This document shows, piece by piece, positions 25,927-46,200 of a DNA stretch of 55,554 nt. The first letter of the stretch is position 1, and every line of letters begins with the position of its first letter. A program made the translations under genes and the position numbers. Source of the stretch: Hydrurus foetidus (Eukaryota); assembly GCA_900617105.1 (NCBI GenBank), contig UYFQ01000249.1, positions 1 to 55,554 of the forward strand. Reading direction: 5' to 3'. Under the pieces are notes generated by a model. It was not told the DNA's origin. It saw only the letters and a list, made by a program, of their open reading frames with translations, and ran no database searches.

Positions 25927-26349
25927 ACTGATTCACGCATAATGAGAAAGCTGCCCATTGAGTTTACTTCAATTATTCGAATGAATAAATGTGATTTCTT
26001 TCTCTTTATTTCTATTTCTGTGTTTGAGTTGAAATAATGGACTGCATGAATATCATGTCATGTCAAGTCATCTAAACACCTCTATTCTGATATTTATCAT
26101 GTGTGTCAAAAGTGTAGCATTTCTGTAAAATACGAAAAGTGAAAAGTGCCACCCTAAAAATTTTTGATGATTTTTTGCACTTTTTTAATAGTGTAAAATT
26201 CTGTTTTCTGCGTTTAAGAATCATCTGAACAATTGGTCAAAGTGACTCAATGCGCTTCATCGTGCTAGATTTCTTAACGTCCTTATTATGTGACGTCACA
26301 AAGACGTTAGTGTTCGTTCTCTCTTTTCATCCTGAGAGGAAGATCACCT

Positions 26350-26676
26350 TTTCTCTTCTCTTCTCTTCTTCTTCTCTTCTTCTTCTCTTCTTCTTTTCTC
26401 TTCTTCTTTTCTCTTCTCTTCTTCTTCTCTCTTCTTCTTCTCTTCTTCTTCTCTTCTTCTTCTTCTCTTCTTCTTTTCTCTTCTCTTCTTCTTTTCTCTT
26501 CTCTCTTCTTCTCTTCTTCTTTTCTCTTCTTCTTCTTCTTCTTCTCTTCTTCTTTTCTCTTCTCTCTTCTTCTTCTCTTCTTCTTTTCTCTTCTCTCTTC
26601 TTCTTCTTTTCTTCATCTCTTCTCTTCTTCTACTTCTCTTCTCTTCTTCTTTTCTCTTCTCTTCTTCTCTTCTTCT
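26350..26676. repeat. CT-rich (TCTTC/TCT) low-complexity repeat
   Basis: Directly visible. Confidence 0.9.
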
Positions 26677-28603
26677 GAATCGCTCTACTAGTGCCGTACA
26701 GCTGTAACGTACCAGTGAATGCGATGAAATGTGATGTGATGTGATACGATCATCGTCAGCATCAAAAAACCAAGCTTTGGGGGGGAGGGGGGAATGATCT
26801 TGAAGGAATAGATGTGATTATCTGATGTGAAATGGAACGGAACGTCCTCAGTGACTAGACCCCATCTAACTATTCGAAAGGAGGGGAAGGACAGACATCA
26901 CCTTACTGTAAGCGTTGGCGCATCGGATGATCCCTTTAGGTCCTAATTCAATTTGCCGTTTTAATTTTTTCACGTCTTCATACCTCAGAAATCTCGTCAC
27001 AGAATTTTGAGAGGTTTCGACCAGGAAGAAGACATTTCCGGAAATGATGTCCCTCTCGAAAACCGAAATTTCCGTTTCCCAAACTCTCCAATTTATCTTT
27101 TCCTTTTCTTACTTTTTAGTCCACGCTTTCTCTACCCTTCGTTTCTCTCTCCGTGCCCCTCGTCCCCTGACTTCAGCGGCACCAGTGCAAGGTGCTAAGA
27201 TGCTCATTACAGCACGTACAGTACAGTTCTGTCCCAAAACCCAAACCGTATAATTCATTTCACAGAAAAATTAAATTTAAATTATTTAAAATATTTCCGA
27301 ACTAGATATACCATCATTCGATTAAGTGCGAGATAGATGATGGATGGTTGGTTGTCAGAAGATGTACGCTCAGTACAGTACAGACCACTCTAAATGTTCA
27401 CCAGCTACAACTACACCTCCACTCTGGACAAAAAGGTGACCGAAAGCAAGTAAATTCAAAAAAGCACTGCAGACAAAATAAAAGAAATAAAAATAGATGG
27501 ATAGAAAGATAGTGAGGAAGAAGATAAAAGAGGTTTTCTAAATTCAATGAAATGCAGGCATTGCCATCCAATGCGAAAAATTGAAATATTTACATTTACG
27601 ATTGTAACGTGAGTTAGTCAGCCGCATTATTATTGTTCATTATCTTTTGTTTAATACTTACATTTCTTTTTTCACATCACCACAAAGTTCACTGCTCTAC
27701 ACTGCACTTTGTTTAGTTTGAGTGCCAACATCCCTCAGGTCAGTAAGGGTAGGTTGAGTTAGGTCGGGCGACATTATTTAATAATACGATGAATGAGACT
27801 TCATTGAAGGCTCTGCTGTTCCCCTGCACCGTCATCATCACATTCATCCTCTCCTCTCCTCTCCTCTCCTCTCCTCTCCTCTCCTCTCCTCTCTTCCCCA
27901 TCACATCATCTCATCCATCTCGAATCATTTGTTTCTACCCTCTCACATCATCCAGTATGGTCCAATCTCATCTTAATGTCACTGTTGTCAAGCGCTACCG
28001 ACATTGCCATCTCCCCTCTCCCTCCTAATAGACCGATAGTAAGTATAATGTTACATGGCGTGACGTCTCATATCAGCACACGCACGTATCACAGATGATA
28101 CGATGGAAAGGATGAGATGTGATGTGACGAGGTAATTCGTGGCACGTTAGCCTTGTCTCTTCACCCTCTCTTCTCTTCTCAACTTGTTGCCATTTCAACT
28201 CATTCCTCTCATCGCACTCCTCTGCAAGCATTGATCTCAGGTACGATATGACGTCATGTTGTTCTACCCTCCCTCGCTCCATATCTTATCTCATCGCATC
28301 GCGTATTATGACGCTGCATAGTACGGACAGATAGACGAATGCTGAGTGCTTAGATAGACTGACAGCTTGTCCTAATAATCGTAAGATTGCTCCACTCCAC
28401 TCCACTCCATTCTGCTCCACTCCTCCATACCCACCTCTTCATATGTCTGCCTGCCTGCCTGCCTGACCTGACCTGACGTTACCACTTTCACAATCTCGAT
28501 CTCAATCTACCTGAGAGAACAGACAATGTCATACTCATTCTTAACTTATCATTAAAACACTTTCATTCTCCATGTCATTCTTATTCTTAACTTATCATCA
28601 TTC

Positions 28604-30011
28604 TCATCTTCTGCCGAAGAACCTCGAAATCTTCTCAACCAGCAACGACTCCTCCTTCTCCACTACTTCGTTCACTGCATCTCTCGCATGCTTCTTCTCC
28701 TTCTCAACCGCCTTCTTCGCTAAATCCCTAACTGCTACTTTTTCACTTTCAATTGTTTTCTTTAATATTTCCTGTGCCTTTTTGGCATCTCTAGCAATTT
28801 CTTTTCCGGCTGCATTCTTAGCAGCTTCAATTTCTTTTTTCAATAACTTTTCTGATTCTTTTTTGATATCTTCAACGTCTTTTCTAATTGATTTTATTTC
28901 TTTTGAGTTAACAATGCTGAGCACTTGCTTTTTGCCGTCTTGAAGTATCTGTGCACCATCTAATAAAAGTGTTGTGAAGTGAAGTGAAGTGTTACGTTTT
29001 GTTTGTTTTATTATGTTGTGTGATGTATGTATGTAGTCGTTATTACGTGTCGTGTATTGTTATGTTACACATGAACGTATGTAGTTGTCATGGTGTGTTA
29101 CATTGTGTTGTGTTGTTATTTGATTTGCAGTAACCGGAGTTTGAACAAAAGATTCTAGAACGATTATATTGTGACATCAAGGCAAGTGTTTCATTGCTGA
29201 TCCGATCCGATCAGATCCACTTTTAATCTGGACCCACCCATACAGACGACAAACCACACACACTGACTGTACCGTACTGTTTCCAGATTTCAGTACGGTG
29301 TAGTTTGTGTGGATTGTCGTTTATAGGGGTGGGTTTGGACTAAAAGTGGATCAGTAGTAAGCACTTTCCTTGGTGTGAATTGGTGAAGTGCAATTCAACG
29401 AAAAGGTACAACACAATTCAATGCTGTACACATCGACACATTAAAATAAAATACAACTCAATACAATACACCACAATACAATGCAATGCAATACGGAACA
29501 TTATTACACAACGACTTAATTCAATACACTAAAGCAGAAAGCAACAAACAATAATTGTTTGTAGACATTATCTCACCTATCTTCCTCGGTCTGTTCAAGA
29601 AATGTACTCTCACTTGATACAGCGTGAAGAGTGACAGCACGACTAAATCGACTGCTCCGCACAGATAGAACGACTTGGAGATACCTGATCAAACAGAGCA
29701 GGAAATGTGGAGCATGTTTTAGTGTGGACAATATATGCCGTCAAAAAGTGTGTTGCATAAAACAAGTTGTATGGTCATTTGATTTGATGATAAAAAAATG
29801 GTGAGATGCATAGTGCAGTGAGAGCGATGGAGGAGACTGTCAGTGTTAGTGTTGTGTCGGTGTGGTGACGTTCATTGGTTTCCCTCATTCTCTTTCCCTT
29901 CCCTTCCCTTTCCTTTTCTGTCACTGCAACTATTTTTTCTTGATATTGGTCGTACTCATACCACTAATCGCTCGCGTTATCTTCCTCTCACACTTTTTGC
30001 TCTTCCTTTTC

Positions 30012-30051
<40 letters not shown>

Positions 30052-32876
30052 CTTCATCTTCCTCTCTTTCTTACTCTTCATTTCATTCTTCATCTTACTC
30101 TCTCTTTCTCTCACTCACCGTGTTGTTTGCTCATCGCCCCTCCTACCAACGCACCCACTGACTGACCGAGACCGCCGTACACTCCGTTCAGGATGCTCAA
30201 CTAAAAACACAAAGTATGACAGGATAAGATGCGGTAAGGAGGAACCATTAGAAAGCGAGATTGCGTAAGCCATAGATATTATTTAGTTGATTTGGATTGG
30301 ATTGGATTGGATCCATGAATAGACACACTACACCGTACATACAGTGCGTGCGTACGTACCATGGTAGCGGTGAGTCCCTCAGGGGATACCGTGTAAACGA
30401 AGTAGGTGGATCCAGCCCAGAACACTGCAAATGTCGTGCCTCTCAAAATCTCGGCTGGGATCGCCTGAAGGGGTGGAGTGCAGTGTGATGCAATGTGGTG
30501 TGGCGCAGTGTAAGGTGGTGTGATATGGTGTAGTATGATACAGTGTAGTGTGGTGTAAGGTGGTGCAGGTCGATATAGTGTAGATTAATATGGTGCAGTG
30601 TAGTGTGATGCAGTATAAGGTGGTGTGATGTGGTGTAGTGAAAGGTGATGTGATATGGTGCAATGTAGTGTAGGGCAGTATGGCGTCGGGTAGTGCAGAA
30701 AAGTTTGGTGAAGCACAGTGCAGAGTGGAGTAGAATAGTGTGGTGAAATACAGTGCAGTGTGGTGGAGAGTAACACAGTGCATTGCGATATGGTGCGATA
30801 TAACGTAGTAAAGGTGAGTAAGATAGAATAAGATACGAAAGTGCAGAAACGCAATATTGTAAGTAAGTGATGTGACAGTGACATGAAGTGCAAATAAATC
30901 ATGGTGATGATTTTAAAATTGTACGGTAGGGGTGGGTTTGATGCGATACGATGTTATGATGTTATATTGTAGCACAGAACAGTGCAGAGCAGATTCCAGT
31001 CAAATGCAGTCTAAACATGTCGTATCACATCTCGATTTAATTTGACCTTATTTGAGTGGTGATGTGATGTGATGTGATGAATCGCAAAACTCCTACTACT
31101 TCGATCTCAATATCGTCCAAGCACTGTGAGGACACTGAGGAGATATATTCCACCATGTTAAATATTTAAGTTTTACCTGCCAAGGATTTTTGATGGATGC
31201 GTATATAATGAATCTGAGAACGTACGAAGTGAGTGACCACGTAAGTACACCATTGACTCCTATTCTCTTGCTGATGTCTCCGGAGATCCAGAACATTGGA
31301 CCGCCTGCAAGAGACGAGACCAGGCGACATACACCCAACACATTGCCTGAATTGCCACCAACCTGATTGGCAAGTGCGAGTGTGTGAGGGAGAGAGAGGT
31401 ATACGTATTGAGGTATACTTAAACAATGAACGTTTAGTGATATAGTCGGATAGATGCATCATAGGACAGACAGACAGACATTCAGACAAAAAAATACACA
31501 GAGAGACAGATGCATCATAGGACAGACAGACAGACTGACTGACAGACAGGTGTTGACATGTAATAAATACACACAAGCAGTTTAGTCGAAGAACATTAAA
31601 GAGAGCAAGATTTCAGAGCGGGGCCGTCCATCCTATTCAATCTCACTGACATCGAACAGAACACGAATACATAATCTCACCTCCGCTATCCTCATGTACG
31701 CAAAATTCTCGACAATGCCACTACTCACTCCAATCAAGAATACCATGAGGAAAAACACTAAAACCTTGTAGTCCGACACCATGTGATTGATGGCTGCTAG
31801 GACGTCTAACTTTTGTTTTTGTTTCTCACTTTTTTTTGGCTCAAATCCGGCCATCAAAACAGAAGTTGGAAAGGCAAATATTAATTGCATCAAAAATATC
31901 AATTTTATATCTTTTGAGATTAAAGGTCCAACCACATAGGAACCCAATCCGAATCCTATTTGGCCGTATAGACGGGATCTACCGTAATCACTTTTATCGG
32001 CCAACATGGACATTACCGCTGAGTCCATCAAAGGTTTTACTGGTGCGTTTAAAACAGCCGATGACGCGACAATGGCGTAGAGCCACAAGATATTGGTGTT
32101 CTTAGTAGCGAGAGCTAGACCAGCTCTGGCAATCACGCTGCCTGTGAATGTGAGTAACATTATGTGTTTGTGCCACCCTGTGCTGTCTGCCAATGCCCCC
32201 CAGAAAGGACTGACGAGAAACGTAACGGCTGGCGTGATAGCACCTAACAGACCCACCTGATTGTCTTAACAGTGATGAATTTTGATAGTCTTAGATTTTG
32301 AGAGGTAGGCAAATCACGGAGCTCTCAGAGAGGGTTATTGATTGATGCTTGATGTCCTCAAGTGAATCAATTCTGCAGTTAAGTTTTGTCACTTGCGTAA
32401 GGCTGTCGTGCGTATTTGCATTGCTATCTAGACATCTCGTCTTGACAACAACTCTTGAGATCAGAATATGAGGAATCTACAGATTCATGGGTGAGATTGT
32501 GTGACTTACTTGATAATCCTATGTGCCGATAGTACAAGGGAATAAACGGCATTGCTGCGCCAAGTGTGGTGTAGAACATCAGCATCAGAATGTTGATTTT
32601 AGTCAAGCTGCTTGGTGGTGGTCCAAGAATCTTCGCGATGACAGGGACTACTTTACGAAAAGGAAGCCTCGATGTCATCTTCGATAAGATTCCTGACTGC
32701 GCTACGATATCGACCCTTTTGCCGACATCCTTACGTCTCTTATCTGATGCCACAACCCTTCTAATGACTTTCTTGCCACCTGCCATTGGCGAGAAGTTGT
32801 TGACATCTACTCGAGCACATGTTGCTATTGATATGCATGCCAGTAGGACTGCACAAAGCACATGTTTTTGATACAT
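28604..32876 (-). CDS. Major facilitator superfamily transporter (MFS_1_like/MFSD6-like) with an N-terminal signal peptide and a charged coiled-coil tail
   Basis: Exons encode FYTTLGAAMPFIPLYY, VSPFWGALAD, PLMDSAVMSML..YGRSRLYGQIGFG, VENFAY and GGPMFWISG..GVNGVL..YVLRF. The final K/E/A-rich exon ends at 28604. Confidence 0.85.
29178..29372. mobile_element. Foldback/palindromic MITE family A, copy 2 (MFS gene intron)
   Basis: CAAGG...CCTTG ends, with GATCCACTTTTA/TAAAAGTGGATC and GACCCACCC/GGGGTGGGT arms. Confidence 0.7.
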
Positions 32877-33279
32877 CTTCCCGAGAAGAGCGCTGTTATC
32901 ACTCTGTGTTTATGAGGTCGATTTCCAGGTTTTTCAATTGCATTCAACGATAGGGGATTTTGAAGACCTCTTCAAGGAATCGTTCTCTGTGACATTCGGG
33001 TGAGACGAAGTAACTTCAGTTGAGGTTGTGATGAGGGAGCTTCCCTCACAATTAATGGCAGTTGTCGCTCGATCTTGTTTATCTGACGGCTGAAAGTTAC
33101 GGCAAGGACGGTAGACACGGTAAATATCCGGATGGAATTTTAGAGTCGTTGATCAAGTTTTTCATGCTGCAAAGGGTTACTGTGTGACTACCTATTTAGC
33201 ATAATATCTGTGTTGAGTCATACAGCATTCACGATTCACGAGCAAGGCGAGCAGCGGGGAGCAATCGCCATTCACCGAG

Positions 33280-35826
33280 ATGGTCAACCTCTCTCGTTCT
33301 GAATCTGGGAGTCCTCGGAAAGATCGACGTCCGCTAGGAGATATTCACAATGTCTATCAGTCACCTTCTTCAAAATATGATGTGGAGCGATCTTTTGATG
33401 ACAGCGACGGCAGATTTGATGAGAGAGATTATCCCCGAATCTCTCCTAAGAAGCGTCGATTGGGAGCGTCGATTCAGATAAGTGGTGCTGATTTGTCGTC
33501 TGGACTATCAGAGAAGCAGACAGTCCCGAAGTTGAATCTCTACTCGGAGGAGACTCCAACGAGCAGATTAGCCGCTGCTATCAACTCAGATTTTTCGTCG
33601 CCACCCGCTAAAGAGAAGCGATCTTTATTACTTAAAAAAGCTGATGACGGGTTCCAATCGCCGCGATCTGCTTCAAAAAAAAGGAAAGATCACAATGTCG
33701 ACCAATCATCAAATACAACTGTTCGTGGTGCTGCGGATGTTCGCGCTATTAATTCTGGGGAAAAAACGCCTAACAAATATACCGCTACCTCTGCAGTACG
33801 AGTTGTGCCGAAATACAGCGTGTCATCTCCCAAATTTACGATTTATAGCGATATTGATGAAAATGAAAGCAAGAAAGAAAACATATCCATGGATTGCCAT
33901 CGCAATCAAAGAGTTCCTTCGAATTCAGAATTGGGCATGAAGGAAGAGAGTACTGCACTTGGATGCGGTGATAGTGAATTTAGAACAGTCAGGGATATTC
34001 AGGAAGAAATTCGATTGCTGCTGGATGAAGCCAATGTAGAACGCTTGATACACAGTGCATGCAGCGCGACAAGACTTGTCGTATCGGAAGACTCTATGCT
34101 GCATTGGGAATGTTCTTCACGGAATGTGCCAGCAGTAACTTTGAGTAATAATCCTGTGGGGCTAGTTACTACTGCAGAAGATGAAGGGAAAGTGCAGAAT
34201 AACGAAACCGTTACTTTTGAAATGACGGAACAAGAAAGAGATCTATCTGATTCTACAACTCTACAAAAAGAGACCACTCACACAACAGCAGCAGCTGGTG
34301 TTAGTGATGTGCCGTACGATTTCATTTTAGAGGACATAGCACGGATGAAACTGTTGACTGAAGTTGACAGTGACCTGAGCTGCTCGATGTCCCCCACGTA
34401 CTTACTCAGAGCTACTTCAACAGAGTCTCGTACCTATTTAGCTGCTATAAGAGCCAATTATCCCTATATCCCTGCGCTTTCTAATGATGAAAAGGAAAAG
34501 AATAATGCATCAGTTGCAGTAGGAGATGCAACAGCAGATAATAGGAAGCAGCATCAAATAAATAGAAATGTGTCAGATGAAGCGGAGTCAATTACCTCTG
34601 ACAAGATCTCGAGATATTGCCTTGACGTCTCACTGGACTACAGTGTGGACACGCATGATACGTCAGTGATGACTCAGGAGAAGGGTTCCTGGGTGCGAGA
34701 AATTCCGAAGCGATATAGTGAACATACGTACTTATCACCTGACTCGCATGCACCACCAGTCACAAAAACACACGCGCACACCACATCGCACAACTCACGT
34801 GATGACACGTATGTACCACCAATCACACAGACACACACGCACACCACATCACGCAATGATACGTATGTACCACCAGTCACACGAACACACACGCACTCCA
34901 CATCACACAATGACACGTATGTACCACCAATCACACAGACACACACGCACACCACATCACACAATGACACGTATGTACCACCAGTCACACAGACACACAC
35001 GCACACCACATCACACAATGACACGTATGTACCACCAGTCACACAGACACACACGCACACCACATCACACAATGACACGTATGTACCACCAGTCACACAG
35101 ACACACACGCACACCACATCACACAATGACACGTATGTACCACCGGTCACACAGACACACACGCACACCACATCGCACACCTCTATTGAAGAAGAGTGCA
35201 ACGATTTCGATACATTTCGTGCGTCTGTAAAAGCAGCTAGAGATTCATCCCTGAAGGTATTATTCAGGGATATGAAGGGGCCCCAGTCCAAAGGACGGAC
35301 CTTAGTCCTAGATTCCGCCCTGTCGTTCCATAAATCAGAAATAGACTTCATGACGTCCAGCACGGTGATATTGAGAGGAGAAGTTCTAACCCCCCTGGGG
35401 ACAAGAAAGAGTGACGTGACTGTGATGCGTACGTCACGAGTACGTACGTGTGAGAAGAACAGTCACGATAGTATTAGTGGTGATCTGGATGTACGCATTG
35501 GTGGTGACGTGACCGTGATAAGCAGTGGGGATGATCGTCAGGCAGCGCACACACACACAAACACACACGCACTCTCACTCTCCCATGCGCACTACCTCAC
35601 CGCCATGGTCCCTCTCCCTGACCTGCACGCGTACCAAGAGAAGGTGCAGGGGTGGAGGTGTAAGTACCGAACATCCGATCCTGTCAAGTCTTCGAAGCAG
35701 TACCCCTCGTACTTGCCGGACAAGAAGAATGACAGAGATGAAGAGAAAGGTGGACAGAGAGGCAGAGAAAGAGATAGTGACAATGATGGAGATGGAGACA
35801 AGGATAACGACGGAGTAACAAGTTGA
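33280..35826 (+). CDS. 848-aa largely disordered hypothetical protein with D-box/KEN-like motifs and an 18-aa His/Thr repeat
   Basis: Long ATG-initiated open frame carrying RRPLGDIHN, SPKKRR, KKENI and many SP/TP sites. No folded domain recognised. Confidence 0.7.
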   Translation: MVNLSRSESGSPRKDRRPLGDIHNVYQSPSSKYDVERSFDDSDGRFDERDYPRISPKKRRLGASIQISGADLSSGLSEKQTVPKLNLYSEETPTSRLAAAINSDFSSPPAKEKRSLLLKKADDGFQSPRSASKKRKDHNVDQSSNTTVRGAADVRAINSGEKTPNKYTATSAVRVVPKYSVSSPKFTIYSDIDENESKKENISMDCHRNQRVPSNSELGMKEESTALGCGDSEFRTVRDIQEEIRLLLDEANVERLIHSACSATRLVVSEDSMLHWECSSRNVPAVTLSNNPVGLVTTAEDEGKVQNNETVTFEMTEQERDLSDSTTLQKETTHTTAAAGVSDVPYDFILEDIARMKLLTEVDSDLSCSMSPTYLLRATSTESRTYLAAIRANYPYIPALSNDEKEKNNASVAVGDATADNRKQHQINRNVSDEAESITSDKISRYCLDVSLDYSVDTHDTSVMTQEKGSWVREIPKRYSEHTYLSPDSHAPPVTKTHAHTTSHNSRDDTYVPPITQTHTHTTSRNDTYVPPVTRTHTHSTSHNDTYVPPITQTHTHTTSHNDTYVPPVTQTHTHTTSHNDTYVPPVTQTHTHTTSHNDTYVPPVTQTHTHTTSHNDTYVPPVTQTHTHTTSHTSIEEECNDFDTFRASVKAARDSSLKVLFRDMKGPQSKGRTLVLDSALSFHKSEIDFMTSSTVILRGEVLTPLGTRKSDVTVMRTSRVRTCEKNSHDSISGDLDVRIGGDVTVISSGDDRQAAHTHTNTHALSLSHAHYLTAMVPLPDLHAYQEKVQGWRCKYRTSDPVKSSKQYPSYLPDKKNDRDEEKGGQRGRERDSDNDGDGDKDNDGVTS
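34745..35180 (+). repeat. 54-bp coding minisatellite (about 8 copies, NDTYVPPVTQTHTHTTSH)
   Basis: Visible in both the DNA and the translation. Confidence 0.92.
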
Positions 35827-36706
35827 CATAAAGAGAGAGAGACACCGCCAGAGAAAGAGAGAGAGAGAGAGAGACACCGCCAGAGAAAGAGAGTAATACA
35901 TCAACTACAGGGATGGAGACAAAGAGGGACTTGAAGATGGAGACACATATAGCAGTACACCAACAGCAGTGATGCACAGAACGGATAGATGTGCAGATAT
36001 ACAGTATGCAGCTGTATGTGTCACAAAGAATGTTACAATGCATGGGAGTGTTGAGGAAAGGGGGGAGGAAAGGGGGGCGGGTCTAATTAAAGTAGAAGGT
36101 GTCATCAGAACGGAACAGAGCAGTACACATGGAAACAGAACAGAACAGAACAGAACAGAACACCGTGTGAAGCGTGAAGGACATCCCTTCCTTCCCTCCC
36201 TCCCTTCCTCCCTCCCTCCCTCCTTCCCTCCCTCCCTCCCTTCCTCCCTCCATTTCCATCTCCATCTCCACTGTGCAGTAGGATGGGTACTTCAGAATCT
36301 TATTGTCCATTTAAATGTGATGAATGTCAGCTGATAATCTTAGTTTACATCTAATTGCTAGGTTGTTATGTTTGTTAGTGCACATACTGTTCAATTTGTC
36401 AATCGGACATGTTATTGGTACTAATATATACACTTTCTACATATACTTTTCTATTTTCTATTATTTCACATAAGATTGCTTCTCCCGGCTTAAGTCTACA
36501 ACACTACACTCTGTATGGCAGGAAAGTGATGTAGTGCAATGCAGTATAGTACAATAAGCATGATAAACTACAGTGCGGTGCAAGACATATATTGAGTACA
36601 GTGCAGCGAAGTACAGCACAGTGCGGACAAGAGATTGACTCCGATCTACGCTATGAGCGCACATTGAACTTAGATGTCTTTCCAATTCTCCTCTCAAGTA
36701 CGTTAT

Positions 36707-36900
36707 CAAGGGACGTGTTTAATTGCTGATCCGATCCGATCCCCTGTTAATGTGGACCCACCCCTATAAAAGACAATCCACACACACAACTGTACCGTTC
36801 TGAAGACTGAAAGCAGTGCAGTACAGTTGGTGTGTGTGTATTGTCGTTTATAGGAGTGGGTCCAGCATTAAAGCTGATCAGCAATTAAACACGATCCTTT
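36707..36900. mobile_element. Foldback/palindromic MITE family A, copy 3
   Basis: CAAGGGACGTGTTTAATTGCTGATC ... GATCAGCAATTAAACACGATCCTT. Shares GACCCACCCCTATAAAAGACAATCCACAC with copy 1. Confidence 0.75.
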
Positions 36901-38510
36901 AGTTCACACGTATCGCGGAATATCGCAACAACAGAGTAGAATGGCACCTTTTAAAGGGATGTAAATCTCAGATGGAGTGACAAATCGATCACCCCACACC
37001 ATACGAAAAAATACAAGAACTGAGGAACCTTCCCTTTTATAATTTTCAGCATGGATTTTAAGGTGCTGACTGTCATCACTTCATCTTAGATTATTTCCGA
37101 AAGAAGGTGCCAATCTATTCTGCTGTTGTGATGTACTTACGGTACATCCAAAACTTGACATAACAAGGTTTACCAGGAGCAAAAAAATAAAAATGACACG
37201 TCACTGAGAACAGGAGTGTAGCTTTTCTGAGGCTACACTTTTAGGTTACCCTCAAATATTTGCCCTACAATTGCTCTAAGGCAAGGTTCCAAAGTTGAGT
37301 ATTCCATACCCTAAGCTGCCCCGTTGAGCATGAAGCTTTTTTTTCCCCTTGTTCTATGGCCAACAGTAAATGGGAACTCTTCAGCGTTGCCGTTACTTGT
37401 AGCTTAGCGTCTTACTTGTAGCTTAGCGTCCTTGCAAATTTTTCCAGAAGGTTGCGCGCAGAAAAAAAGGTTTTTAGTAGATCATTAACTGGTTAAACAT
37501 ATAAATACAATTTACAGTATGTAAATTAAATCAATGACAACAAGAGAAAAGAAGTGAAGCAGTTCTCAACTGTGACTAGCTGATACGAAGCTAGAGTGTT
37601 GTGTTAAAATGACAGTTTCTATTCATCAGTGTGCTGATATAATGTGTGAACGTGTAGTGTTAATTTGCCATGTAGAATGTGTTTTCTTAAATATGTTGTG
37701 GGTGCATTCTGTTTTTGTGTTGTGCACAATGCGATCAGTGCAGAAAAAGGGAAATATGAACCGTATTTTATTTTATGATCCGGAATCTGTAGGACCAAGA
37801 TCCCTTCAATTTCATAGATTGACATTAAATACTAATCACCCTGTAAAAGATACAGTGGTAAGATTGTGTTCGCTCCGCTCCTCTCCTCTCCTCTCCTCTC
37901 CTCTCAATCTCTCTCCTTGCGTCTGATCTATCACCTCTCTCCACATCTCTCTCCTTACATGTTCCTTTCCCTTCCACCCTTCATTCCCCTATCCCTCGCT
38001 ACTTAGGATAAGATGAAGTTCCACGCGTCACATCGCATCACATCACATCATATCGCATCATATCATACCACTATTCAACTCGTAATGTTGCATCAAAGCG
38101 CAAGAGTAAACATGACAAGGCAAATCAAATAAGTTGGGGTGGTTAAACAGAATAATATAATGCGATCAGGAGATCCTCACACCACACCGCACTCCCTGTC
38201 TCTGCTTGCCATGTACATTACTGTACTGTATAAAATAAAACTATTCATCTCTGTTTACGTGAGTGCTGATTTTTGCTTTGGCCCTGTCCAATTAGATTCC
38301 TCTCTATCTCTATCTCCATCCCCACCCATTTCCATGCCTCTTTCTCTTTCTATATCCCCATCGACACCCACTGCCACTCCTGCGCTAGAGCTGACATGCC
38401 TAGCTCTCTTAGGGCCTATACTAGATGCATCCCCTCCCCTATCCCTCTCTCCCTCCTTCTCCCCTCCCCTGTCCTTTTCATTCTCTTTTCCCCTTCCCCT
38501 CCCCGCGTCT

Positions 38511-46200
<7,690 letters not shown>

